Source: an uncultured Bacteroidales bacterium (GTDB taxonomy: Bacteria > Bacteroidota > Bacteroidia > Bacteroidales > P3). From it: DNA of 64,000 bases. Below, one piece after another: positions 17,889 through 26,989 of the stretch. The position numbers were made by a program, and so were the translations under genes. Below the pieces are notes generated by a model that saw nothing but the letters and a program-made list of their open reading frames with translations, did no database searches and was not told where the DNA came from. Position 1 is the first letter of the stretch, and each line of letters starts with the position of its first letter. Location: NCBI GenBank assembly GCA_946401725.1, contig CAMIVE010000001.1, positions 72,724-136,723 on the forward strand, read 5' to 3'.

Positions 17889-19798
17889 CACAATGAATGG
17901 TAAATCTTTTCAAGACAAGCGACAATCGAAGGCGTGTCGAAACCGCAGTCGTGCTGTAGCTGCGGCACCGGACCGTGCTGGATAAAAGCGTCGGGAATAC
18001 CGAGGCGTTCCATGGCCGGCACAGGATAGGACGGATCAGCGCTCTTACGCTGCTGCCAGTATTCCAGCACCGCACTGCCGAAGCCCCCTTCCAGACAGCC
18101 GTCCTCTACGATGACGACATGGCTGTAGCGGCGTGCCACCTCATCGAGCAGTGCTTCATCCAAAGGCTTTACAAACCGCATATCGTACAAACCGGGGTCG
18201 TAACCATTCCCTCGCAACTGCTCAGCAGCGGCGGCAGCGGCATTACCCACATGACCTATGGTAAGCAACGCCACCCGCTGACCTTCGTGCAGGCAGCGTC
18301 CTTTGCCAACAGGAATGCTTTGCATCGGGCTTTGCCAGTCGGGATGAACCGACGCCCCGCGGGGGTAACGGATGGCTATCGGGCCCCCAACGCCTTCCTG
18401 TGCGGTGAACATCATATTGCGCAACTCGTGCTCGTCCATCGGGGCACAGACAATCATATTCGGGATGGGCCGCAGGTAAGCCATATCGAACGTGCCATGG
18501 TGCGTGGCGCCGTCGTCGCCCACCAGTCCTGCGCGGTCAAGACACAGAATCACAGGCAGTTTCTGGAGCGCCACATCATGTATCACCTGATCATAGGCAC
18601 GCTGCATGAAACTGGAATAAATATTGCAGAAAGGCACCATGCCCTGTGCAGCCAGACCGGCCGCGAAAGTGACCGCATGTTGTTCAGCGATACCCACGTC
18701 AAAGACCCGGTCGGGCATCGTCTCCATCATCATATTGAGCGAACAGCCTGTCGGCATGGCCGGCGTGATACCCACAATGCGCGGGTTCTGCTCTGCGAGT
18801 TCGATAATGGTATGACCGAATACCTCCTGATATTTCAAAGGTTGAACACCTTCGTTTTTCTTGATCTGTTCGCCCGTCTCCGCGTCAAACTGGCCCGGCG
18901 CATGGTAGACCACCGGATTGCGTTCCGCCCGTTCCATCCCTTTGCCTTTCTTGGTGACAATATGCAACAGGCGCGGACCCTTCAAGTCCTTGAGTTGGGA
19001 GAGCACTTCGACCAAATGGTTCACATCGTGGCCGTCGACCGGTCCGAAGTAACGGAACCCAAGCGATTCGAAGAGGTTGGAACCTTCCAAGAGCATGGAT
19101 TTCATCGACGAGAGCGTCTTGGAGAAGAAATTCTTGCTTTTCGTCTCCTTCTCGTCGCCGCCCACTTTGCGCCACACCCGCTCCTTGAAGCGGTTGTATT
19201 TGGGCGATGCGGTAATTTTGACCAAGTAACGGCTCAGACCGCCCACCGCCTTATCGATTGAGATGCCGTTGTCGTTAAGGATAACCAAGATATTGGCCTT
19301 GGAGACCCCTGCGTTGTTGAGCGCCTCGAACGCCTCGCCGCCCGTCATGGAGCCGTCGCCGATCACAGCGATATGCTGACGCGTTGTATTGCCCTGCAAT
19401 TCCGAGGCCATCGCCATACCCAGCGCCGCCGAGACGGAGGTGGAGGAGTGGCCTGTACCGAAAGCGTCGTAAGGACTCTCGTCCATGCGCGGAAAACCAC
19501 TGATACCGCCATAGGTGCGGATGGTGGAAAACTGTTCGCGACGACCGGTGAGGATTTTGTGGGGATAAGCCTGGTGACCCACATCCCATATAATCTTGTC
19601 ATCTGGCGTATTGAAGACATAGTGGAGCGCAATGGCCAATTCCACCGTGCCTAGCGACGACGCCAGATGGCCTGGATGGGTAGCCAGCGTATCCACAATG
19701 AAGTGACGCAGCTCCAAAGCGAGCTCCGGCAAATCGCTTTCCGGAAGTTTTTTCAAGTCCTCCGGAGTAGTAATATTTTCTAATATAACGCCTTGCAA
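17888..19798 (-). CDS. dxs: 1-deoxy-D-xylulose-5-phosphate synthase
   Basis: 636 aa with a ThDP motif (GDGSMTGGEAFEALNNAG) and transketolase-like blocks. The only start upstream of the conserved N-terminus is the TTG at 19798, because an in-frame stop lies at 19807-19805. Confidence 0.9.
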   Translation of the reverse strand: MQGVILENITTPEDLKKLPESDLPELALELRHFIVDTLATHPGHLASSLGTVELAIALHYVFNTPDDKIIWDVGHQAYPHKILTGRREQFSTIRTYGGISGFPRMDESPYDAFGTGHSSTSVSAALGMAMASELQGNTTRQHIAVIGDGSMTGGEAFEALNNAGVSKANILVILNDNGISIDKAVGGLSRYLVKITASPKYNRFKERVWRKVGGDEKETKSKNFFSKTLSSMKSMLLEGSNLFESLGFRYFGPVDGHDVNHLVEVLSQLKDLKGPRLLHIVTKKGKGMERAERNPVVYHAPGQFDAETGEQIKKNEGVQPLKYQEVFGHTIIELAEQNPRIVGITPAMPTGCSLNMMMETMPDRVFDVGIAEQHAVTFAAGLAAQGMVPFCNIYSSFMQRAYDQVIHDVALQKLPVILCLDRAGLVGDDGATHHGTFDMAYLRPIPNMIVCAPMDEHELRNMMFTAQEGVGGPIAIRYPRGASVHPDWQSPMQSIPVGKGRCLHEGQRVALLTIGHVGNAAAAAAEQLRGNGYDPGLYDMRFVKPLDEALLDEVARRYSHVVIVEDGCLEGGFGSAVLEYWQQRKSADPSYPVPAMERLGIPDAFIQHGPVPQLQHDCGFDTPSIVACLEKIYHSL

Positions 19799-19824
19799 GA
19801 CAAATCAACTATAGTTTCAGTTTG

Positions 19825-19832
19825 CAAAGGTA
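19825..19832 (-). promoter_or_regulatory. Candidate Bacteroidetes -7 box (TACCTTTG) for dxs
   Basis: The reverse complement of CAAAGGTA matches TAnnTTTG, about 27 nt upstream of the dxs start. Confidence 0.35.
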
Positions 19833-19924
19833 CAAAATTTTATGATAATCGTAGACTTTTATTTACCTACAATGAAAAAGGAAATCTCAAAGCAATCTTC
19901 GAATCTCATAAGCCTGATGAGCCA

Positions 19925-20749
19925 TTACTTCTCCACAATCGTCACTGTGGGTGGGCATTCGTACATCACTTTGGCGTGGTTGGTGCGGATGAGCTGGCTC
20001 TCTAGCTGCTGTCCGGTGACACAGTCGATGATGTCACGGTAGACTTCTCCGTTGCGGTAGACCACGCCCTCTTCGCGCGAGAAATACTCGTTCTCGACAT
20101 GGATATGGAATGTGTGTTGCTGCTGTTCCCCGGCACGCAGTTCGCCGCGCAGGTATTCGTCGTCCACCCAGAGGTGAAGCTGATAGGTGTTCTGCGTCTC
20201 ATTCTTCACACGATAGTCGATATAATTATACGAGATGCTGGTACCTGTACCGAAGGGAATCTGACGACCGAAGTCGGGGAAAAGATCCAGTCCGTCATGA
20301 TGGTGATGCTCCGTAATGGTCAAATCGCTGTGTAACACCATCCAGTGGATGAGGTTCGACAACTGGCACATGCCGCCTCCAATCCCTTTCGAAGGGACCC
20401 CTTTGGCGATTGTCAAACCCTCTTTGTAGCCTTTCCGCTCGGTGGTGCGTCCCAGCATCTTCCAAACGGAGAAGGTCTCACCGGGCCGTATGAGCAAGCC
20501 GTCAATGCATTTTACCGCCAAAGCGAGGTTGGTGGCTTTGTTCTCCTGCAGTTGCATGTCCACATTGCCCAGTCGGCGGCGGATAAGCGAATTGTGGCGG
20601 TATATAACCACCGGCAGCTCAGTAGCGGAACGTTCTTTGGCAAAACGGGTTTTATGAAGCAGGTCCTTCAAATGACGCTTCATGATTTCCTTCTCCATCG
20701 ACAGCCGATAAGTGAAGGGAGAAATCTCGCAAAACAACTTCCTTTTCAT
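19925..20749 (-). CDS. VanW-family protein
   Basis: A VanW-like core (GIGGGMCQLSNLIHWMVLHSDLTITEHHHH). The ATG at 20749 lies 2 nt after the upstream gene's stop codon, and the track lists a GTG at 20752. Confidence 0.7.
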   Translation of the reverse strand: MKRKLFCEISPFTYRLSMEKEIMKRHLKDLLHKTRFAKERSATELPVVIYRHNSLIRRRLGNVDMQLQENKATNLALAVKCIDGLLIRPGETFSVWKMLGRTTERKGYKEGLTIAKGVPSKGIGGGMCQLSNLIHWMVLHSDLTITEHHHHDGLDLFPDFGRQIPFGTGTSISYNYIDYRVKNETQNTYQLHLWVDDEYLRGELRAGEQQQHTFHIHVENEYFSREEGVVYRNGEVYRDIIDCVTGQQLESQLIRTNHAKVMYECPPTVTIVEK

Positions 20750-20751
20750 CA

Positions 20752-21786
20752 CTACTTTTCCAACGGCATGTTGTAGGTGGGGTTGTTTTTGGGGAGAGGT
20801 TCGAAGTCTTTGTTGAGTTTCGGATCGTCGAGACGTCCTTGGGCGTTGTCGCGCAGTTCCCAGCGACCGTTAAGGAAGATGAAGGCCAGTTCGGTGCCCG
20901 TGGGAGCATAATACTGCGGCAGTCCTTCCATACCCGGCACCAAGGGAGCGATCTCGTCGAAGATAATCATCTTGACTTTTTCCTCATGGGGCACCTGGAC
21001 GGTATAGGTGCGTTTTTTCTTCTTGACTTTCTTGGTTTCGTAGGTGCGCATCACCTGTTCATCGTAACGGACATTGACAAATGCAGTGCGTGAGTATTCA
21101 AGCACCACCCGGCGGAGGTTCTTCTCACGACGGAACAGGGCCTGTCCGAACTGCGGCACCGAACTGTTGGAACGGAAACAGATAGGCTCGATGACTTTAC
21201 GCTGAGTCAGGTTGTTGATGCCCGTCCATCCCAGCAGGGTATAGTAGGTCTTGCCCTCGTGCTTGGTCTCAATGAGTTCCTGGTAGACACTGCCGAGCCA
21301 GCTTTCGGGTCCCAGCACCACTTCGTTGGCGGAGATAATCTCGTCGGACTTGTCGTTGAGGACGTAGACATCATACTCTTCCGACTTGGGGTTGTAGGAC
21401 TGGACGAAGCCGAAACACTCATACTCGCCGTTGTCGCGCACCACCGGCCACGAGATGATGCGGAACTGACGGTCGCTGGAGGTGAGTACCGACACCTGAG
21501 TGCCGAAATCCCATTTCCACTGGAAAGAGCCCTCGACATGCAACGCCTCATCGAACATCTGGACAAAGAGTTCGTTGGCGTTGTAGCGTTCGTTGTCGGT
21601 AGGGGCATTGACCACTTTCTCGAGGAGCGGTTGCATATTGTTCTGGTAGTTGTTCAGCACCTCACGGTTCTGCGCAGGACAGCTGAGGGCCATAACAAGC
21701 ATCAATGCGAGTGCCAGCAAATGGTGGAAGCGGGTATTTTTCATTTTTTTCAATTTGTTCTTCTGTTTGATAAAATAATTACTCAA
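20752..21786 (-). CDS. Hypothetical secreted protein
   Basis: 344-aa ORF. The likely true start is MKNTRFHHLLALALMLVMALS (21744), which gives a signal peptide. I recognise no motif. Confidence 0.6.
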   Translation of the reverse strand: MSNYFIKQKNKLKKMKNTRFHHLLALALMLVMALSCPAQNREVLNNYQNNMQPLLEKVVNAPTDNERYNANELFVQMFDEALHVEGSFQWKWDFGTQVSVLTSSDRQFRIISWPVVRDNGEYECFGFVQSYNPKSEEYDVYVLNDKSDEIISANEVVLGPESWLGSVYQELIETKHEGKTYYTLLGWTGINNLTQRKVIEPICFRSNSSVPQFGQALFRREKNLRRVVLEYSRTAFVNVRYDEQVMRTYETKKVKKKKRTYTVQVPHEEKVKMIIFDEIAPLVPGMEGLPQYYAPTGTELAFIFLNGRWELRDNAQGRLDDPKLNKDFEPLPKNNPTYNMPLEK

Positions 21787-21831
21787 AAAAAGCGTTTTTA
21801 TTGTAAGAAATTGAAAAAAAGTCTAAAAAAG

Positions 21832-22644
21832 ATGTCAACATACCAACTGATAGAGGAAGCATTCGAAAACCGGGAAATGCTGAACGACAAAAATGTAATC
21901 CAAGCCATCCGCGACATGGTGGAGGCGCTGGACCGTGGCACGGTGCGTGTCGCCGAACCGACGGTGGAAGGATGGAAGGTCAACGAGACGGCAAAAAAGG
22001 CCGTACTGCTCTACTTCCCTGTCTGCCAGATGGAGACCATCGAGTTGTCCCCATTTGAATACTACGACAAGATTCCTCTGAAACGTGGCTACGCCAAGCA
22101 GGGGGTGCGTGTGGTGCCTCCAGCCACCGCCCGTTACGGAGCCTATCTGGCTCCCGGAGTGGTGATGATGCCGTCGTATGTGAATATCGGTGCCTATGTC
22201 GACAGCGGCACCATGGTGGATACCTGGGCGACGGTGGGCAGCTGTGCCCAGATAGGCAAGAATGTACACCTGAGCGGCGGCGTGGGCATCGGCGGCGTGT
22301 TGGAGCCCGTACAGGCCGCACCAGTCATCGTGGAAGACCACTGCTTTATCGGTTCGCGCTGCATCGTGGTGGAGGGTGCCCATATCTGTACCGAAGCGGT
22401 ACTAGGTGCCAACACGGTAATTACAGGCAGCACCAAAATCATCGATGTCAGCGGTTCACAACCCGTCTACTACCAAGGCTATGTGCCGCCGCGCAGCGTG
22501 GTGATTCCAGGCTCCTATATCAAGCATTTCCCCGCCGGCGACTACTCGGTGAGTTGCGCCCTTATCATCGGACAGCGCAAAGAAAGTACGGACAAGAAGA
22601 CCTCTCTCAATGCAGCACTGAGGGATTTCGACGTGTCGGTATAA
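21832..22644 (+). CDS. dapD: 2,3,4,5-tetrahydropyridine-2,6-dicarboxylate N-succinyltransferase
   Basis: Hexapeptide-repeat left-handed beta-helix region (GAYVDSGTMVDTWATVGSCAQIGKNVHLSGGVGIGG) and an N-terminal MSTYQLIEEAFENR. The track ORF start at 21259 is an antisense-overlapping extension. Confidence 0.85.
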   Translation: MSTYQLIEEAFENREMLNDKNVIQAIRDMVEALDRGTVRVAEPTVEGWKVNETAKKAVLLYFPVCQMETIELSPFEYYDKIPLKRGYAKQGVRVVPPATARYGAYLAPGVVMMPSYVNIGAYVDSGTMVDTWATVGSCAQIGKNVHLSGGVGIGGVLEPVQAAPVIVEDHCFIGSRCIVVEGAHICTEAVLGANTVITGSTKIIDVSGSQPVYYQGYVPPRSVVIPGSYIKHFPAGDYSVSCALIIGQRKESTDKKTSLNAALRDFDVSV

Positions 22645-22708
22645 GAAATAAAAACGGAGAGTCCTTTCAACATATCAACGCAACCCCTATCAAGCTATCA
22701 ACATATCA

Positions 22709-23065
22709 ATGAAAAAACTGCTTTTGATTCCTGTCTTATTGCTGGCCTTTGGTGCCTGCATCGACCATGACGACTTCGACATTGTCGGAAAGGTGGTAGA
22801 CTACGAACCCTGCCAGAGCGCCTACGAGGTGGGCTATGCCGTCTCGCTGAGCAGCCCCGACACCATCGGCAAACGCTACCAAACACAAGGTGGTATATGG
22901 TACGACAACGTCGTGATGGTCTATGGTGCTGATCGGCTGCTGCATCCCGGCGACAGCATCAGCGGACGCATCTACTTGGACCCCAATTTCTCCAAGACGG
23001 AATGCATGTACCACTTTGACCGCGACGTTCCCGAGGCGGTGTTCACAAAAATCAAGAAATTGTAA
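22709..23065 (+). CDS. Small hypothetical lipoprotein
   Basis: 118 aa with a lipobox LLLAFGAC. Confidence 0.55.
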   Translation: MKKLLLIPVLLLAFGACIDHDDFDIVGKVVDYEPCQSAYEVGYAVSLSSPDTIGKRYQTQGGIWYDNVVMVYGADRLLHPGDSISGRIYLDPNFSKTECMYHFDRDVPEAVFTKIKKL

Positions 23066-23091
23066 TTACAAAAGAGGTGGCGATTGTATTT

Positions 23092-23946
23092 TTAGAGGGT
23101 GTTGTAGGCGGGAGTGAAGGTGTCGCCTTTGCTCATATCACCGGTTGAAAGGCCTTTCTTCAGCCAACGCATGCGCTGGGCAGAGGTGCCATGTGTGAAC
23201 GACTCCGGCGTGGCATAGCCGCGGGCGTTTTTCTGCAGGTAGTCGTCACCGATTTTCTGAGCGGCGTTGATAGCCTCTTCCAAGTCGCCGTCTTCGAGCG
23301 AACCGAACATCTTGTTCTCATGGTAGCCCCATACACCGGCATAGAAATCAGCCAGTAGCTCGATACGTACACTGATGCGGTTCTTCTCCTCTTCGGAGAC
23401 CCGCGCCATCTTGGCATGGGCATCGCCCAATACGCCGAGCAGGTGTTCCACATGATGACCCACTTCGTGGGCTATAACATAAGCGTATGCGAAATCGCCG
23501 CCTGCGCCGAGCGATTTGGGCATCTCGTTAAAGAAATCAAGGTCAAGATAGACACATTGGTCCGCCGAGCAGTAGAAAGGGCCCATAGCCGAACTGGCAT
23601 TGCCGCAACCGCTCTGCACACTACCGTGGAAAAGCACCAGCTTGGGCGGTGTGTAGGTCTTGCCCATACGCTTGAATTGATCGTTCCATACATCCTCTGT
23701 GCTGGCGAGGATTTTCTCAGCGAATTCGCGCAGCTGTTCTTCCTGCTCTGTCGGCGTGTATTCCGTCTGCTGCGTTTGCTGCTGACTGCTGATTTGTTGC
23801 ATAACTTCGGAGGGATTACCGCCTAAAAGGAGGGCGATAAGTCCGGCGATAATAGCGCCGCCGATACCGACACCGGCGATTTTACCGGCGCTTTTGCCGC
23901 GGCGGTCTTCCACATTGGTGCTTCTTCTTCTACCTGATAGATCCAT
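23092..23946 (-). CDS. YpfJ-type neutral zinc metallopeptidase
   Basis: N-terminal RRSTNVEDRRG, one TM helix and an HExxH motif (IAHEVGHHVEH). Confidence 0.8.
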   Translation of the reverse strand: MDLSGRRRSTNVEDRRGKSAGKIAGVGIGGAIIAGLIALLLGGNPSEVMQQISSQQQTQQTEYTPTEQEEQLREFAEKILASTEDVWNDQFKRMGKTYTPPKLVLFHGSVQSGCGNASSAMGPFYCSADQCVYLDLDFFNEMPKSLGAGGDFAYAYVIAHEVGHHVEHLLGVLGDAHAKMARVSEEEKNRISVRIELLADFYAGVWGYHENKMFGSLEDGDLEEAINAAQKIGDDYLQKNARGYATPESFTHGTSAQRMRWLKKGLSTGDMSKGDTFTPAYNTL

Positions 23947-24037
23947 AGTGTGAATATTTGTTGAAAGTTTGGGGATTCGTTTTCTTTTTTAACGGGACAA
24001 GAGGGATATTATTGTATCATGGCCGCCTCATAAAGAG

Positions 24038-24886
24038 TCAGGGCTGCCGTTCGAGACGGAGAGCAGTCCAGTCGTTGCGGGAACGCTGCTGCCGGAGTCG
24101 CAACCCTAGGGTTTCGGCGCGTTGTTGAAGCGCTTCGACATCATGCTCATAGAATCCGCTGAGAAGCAATGTGCCTCCCGGACTGAGCACCGCAGCATAA
24201 GCGGGCATATCGCGCAGCAGTATGTTGCGGTTGATATTGGCCAGGATGAGGTCGAAATGTTTGTCGTCCGTAAGCAGTGAGGCGTCGCCCAAAAGCGGTG
24301 TCACCTCCACCCTGTTGCGTTCGAAATTCTCCTGCGCATTACGGTAGGCCCATTCGTCGACATCGATAGCCTCGACATAGGCCGCCCCTTTCTTGGCGGC
24401 AAGGATAGCAAGGACACCGGTGCCGCTGCCCATATCCAGCACCCGACGACCTGCGACCTCCTCCGCTTCAAGCAACGACAGCATCAGGTACGTGGTAGCA
24501 TGGTGGGCCGTACCGAACGACATCTTGGGTTCAATGACAATATCGTATTTCACATCATTACGGGGCTCGTGGAAGGGGGCACGGACATAGCAGAATCCTT
24601 CCACAAGGACGGCTTGGTGCGTTTTTTCCCATTCTTCGTTGTAATCCTTGTCTGGCAATTCGTTGACCTCGAAAGTGCATTGCAGCGTGCTGTCAAGTGC
24701 TTTCAATTCGTCGATACACTGTTGCAGGAAGACAACATCAAACTGTTCGGTGGGGACATAGGCCTTCACCCCTTTCGGGGTCTCATCGAAACTGTCGTAG
24801 GGTCCTTCTTCACCAAGACTGTACACTAGCATGTCGCGATAGGGATCCAACTGTGAAAGGGTGATATTTACTTCAGTATAGCGCAT
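24038..24886 (-). CDS. prmA: Ribosomal protein L11 methyltransferase
   Basis: SAM motif VLDMGSGTGVLAILAAKKGA and PrmA-like length and layout. Confidence 0.8.
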   Translation of the reverse strand: MRYTEVNITLSQLDPYRDMLVYSLGEEGPYDSFDETPKGVKAYVPTEQFDVVFLQQCIDELKALDSTLQCTFEVNELPDKDYNEEWEKTHQAVLVEGFCYVRAPFHEPRNDVKYDIVIEPKMSFGTAHHATTYLMLSLLEAEEVAGRRVLDMGSGTGVLAILAAKKGAAYVEAIDVDEWAYRNAQENFERNRVEVTPLLGDASLLTDDKHFDLILANINRNILLRDMPAYAAVLSPGGTLLLSGFYEHDVEALQQRAETLGLRLRQQRSRNDWTALRLERQP

Positions 24887-24961
24887 TTTGTATTATTAAA
24901 GTTTGAAAGGTTAAAAAGGGTCACTTCGTTTTTCGCCGGCACACGCACATCCTCGTGGGCA

Positions 24962-25726
24962 TCAGTCTCCATTCCCCAACTCCGGATAGCCGACATGGGT
25001 AAGGAAAAGACCTTGGGCGGGCATGGAAACACCGGCGGCACAGCGGTTTTTCTTCTCGATGATGGCACGTAGACCCTCGATATCGAGTTTGCCGCGTCCC
25101 ACATCGAGGAGTGTTCCCGTTACAGAACGGACCATATTGCGCAGGAAACGGTTGGAAGTGATGGTGAAAACCAGCTCCTCGCCACCGCCGAAACGGGTGT
25201 CCCCCACCCTGTCCCAACGGGCTTCGGTCAGATGGCAGATATTGGTCTTATTATCGGTATGCAGTTTGGCGAAACTGGTGAAATCATCATATTCCATCAG
25301 CACACAGGCTGCAGCGTTCATAGCGTCAATATCGGGCGTGAAGTAGATGCGGTTATAGAGTCCCTGAGCGAAAGGCAACCGACAGGTGGATACATGGTAC
25401 TGATAGGTGCGCGACGTGGCGGAGAATCGAGCATGGAAATTGTCGGCCACCCGTCTGAGGTCGAAGATGACGATATCGGGCGGCAGGAAACTATTGAGCT
25501 TGAATACCAGATTGGGTTCTGGTTCCACAGGCGAATCAAAATGGGCGTAGAAGTCGGAGGCATGGACACCCGTGTCGGTACGACCGCAACCCACAATGGC
25601 TATGGGGGTACGCATCAACGTAGAGAGCGCTTGCTCCAGCGTCTGCTGGACGGTGGGCAGGTTGGGCTGTGTCTGCCATCCGCAATAGTTGGCGCCGTTA
25701 TAGGCAAGATGGAGTAGGTAGCGCAT
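24962..25726 (-). CDS. truA: tRNA pseudouridine(38-40) synthase
   Basis: Catalytic block GCGRTDTGVHA and N-terminal YLLHLAYNGANYCGWQ. Confidence 0.9.
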   Translation of the reverse strand: MRYLLHLAYNGANYCGWQTQPNLPTVQQTLEQALSTLMRTPIAIVGCGRTDTGVHASDFYAHFDSPVEPEPNLVFKLNSFLPPDIVIFDLRRVADNFHARFSATSRTYQYHVSTCRLPFAQGLYNRIYFTPDIDAMNAAACVLMEYDDFTSFAKLHTDNKTNICHLTEARWDRVGDTRFGGGEELVFTITSNRFLRNMVRSVTGTLLDVGRGKLDIEGLRAIIEKKNRCAAGVSMPAQGLFLTHVGYPELGNGD

Positions 25727-25729
25727 ATT

Positions 25730-26974
25730 TTAGTTTTCGACGGCTTGGATGGGAGATATTTGCTTGCGGAGTTCCTCTACCACCAGCATCTGATAGCTAG
25801 TTTGGGTGGAGTCGCTGAAGAGGGACTTGTTCTTTGTGTAGCTTTCTTGTTTGTATTCGGTGGCGCGGTCGAAGAGGGTATTGGAGACCGCTTTCTTGAT
25901 ATCCTCAAGCGACATCTTGCCTGTCTTGTAGCGTTCTTTGTCCTTGTCACTCATATAGCGTTCAATCTTTTTATAGGCAGACTCTTCAAGCAGTCCCTTT
26001 TCAGCGTCATAGTATTTGTCGAGTTCCGGCAGGTTGACCCATCCCGTAATAGTTGTTTCGAGGGTGGCAATCTTCTTGCGGCTCTTGTCGGTATAGTAGC
26101 CGAGGAAGGCATGGCAGGGCTCCACAAAGATGATGGGCTGCAGTCCCACGCGGCGCATGATGGAGGAAAAGAAGACACAGGCATCGATACAGTTGGCCTG
26201 ACGGTTGTTGTAGACATCGTCGAAGAAGCGGATGTACTGGGAGTTGGCGCGACTCGCCTTGTTAGAAGTGCAGGAGATGGTGGAATAGGTGATGCCGCGG
26301 TGAAGCGCATAATACCAGATAGCACGCATCTGGGTTTCGACCTTCTTCTCGGTACGGTCGCCGTCGAAGACCGAAACGATCCCCTGCTCCAGAATCTCAC
26401 TGAGGATATTGTCAATTTTCGGATGGTCCTCGTTGACAAAAGCGGTGAAGAGCCATCGGTAATCACGGTAACGGCCGTTTTTCCCAATGAGCGAGAGCAA
26501 GCATTCGTTGATGGAACGGTAGTTGAGGCGGATAGTCTTCACATCGACCTCCTCGTCGTTGACGAAGCAGGTGAAGGTGAGGTCGAGGAATCCCGGCGAA
26601 CGCAACCGATAGAGGTTGTCGAACTTCCATTTGATGACCGGTGTGAAAGTGTAGCGCTGCCCCTTCTTGGGAAGCGACTCCTGCATGATGCTCACATAGT
26701 TGAGCATCGTGGAGTCGACCACGATACGCACTACCGAGTTGTTTTTGGGCGAGGTAAGGCTGACAGTGAAAAGCTCCGGGATGTCATTTCCCTGATAGTT
26801 GGCCAGAGCCAGCATCATGGAGGGATAAAGCACATTGTCGAAGTCGGCATCATAGGAAGCCTCGAAGTTGACCGTGTTGGGGTCGATGGTCTTCGGTGTC
26901 TTTGTCCCACAGGCGCCCAAAAGCAGCGCAAAGGCAACCAAGCAGTAGTATTTTATTTGAAAAACAGGTTTCAT
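25730..26974 (-). CDS. Lipoprotein with a transglutaminase-like Cys/His core
   Basis: Lipobox LLLGACG. The stretch QANCIDACVFFSSIMRRVGLQPIIFVEPCHAFLGYY resembles the TGase-like GxCxxFA...RxxGIPxR...H core. Confidence 0.5.
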   Translation of the reverse strand: MKPVFQIKYYCLVAFALLLGACGTKTPKTIDPNTVNFEASYDADFDNVLYPSMMLALANYQGNDIPELFTVSLTSPKNNSVVRIVVDSTMLNYVSIMQESLPKKGQRYTFTPVIKWKFDNLYRLRSPGFLDLTFTCFVNDEEVDVKTIRLNYRSINECLLSLIGKNGRYRDYRWLFTAFVNEDHPKIDNILSEILEQGIVSVFDGDRTEKKVETQMRAIWYYALHRGITYSTISCTSNKASRANSQYIRFFDDVYNNRQANCIDACVFFSSIMRRVGLQPIIFVEPCHAFLGYYTDKSRKKIATLETTITGWVNLPELDKYYDAEKGLLEESAYKKIERYMSDKDKERYKTGKMSLEDIKKAVSNTLFDRATEYKQESYTKNKSLFSDSTQTSYQMLVVEELRKQISPIQAVEN

Positions 26975-26989
26975 GATACACAGTGATTT

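Noticed and set aside
14277-19261. Large antisense ORFs 14277-15398(+), 16713-17903(+) and 17975-19261(+), opposite mmdA, the LRR gene and dxs.
   Set aside because: All lie opposite genes with unmistakable family motifs, and their translations are Arg/Gly/His-rich and featureless.
21259-21831. An N-terminal 191-aa extension of dapD in the ORF track.
   Set aside because: The extension overlaps the convergent 20752-21786 gene in antisense and has no similarity to DapD. The conserved DapD N-terminus begins at the ATG at 21832.
25745-26986. A 413-aa plus-strand ORF overlapping the whole 25730-26974 gene.
   Set aside because: It is an antisense shadow ORF. The minus-strand product has a lipoprotein signal and normal composition, whereas the plus-strand product is G/V/D/E/L-rich with no features.
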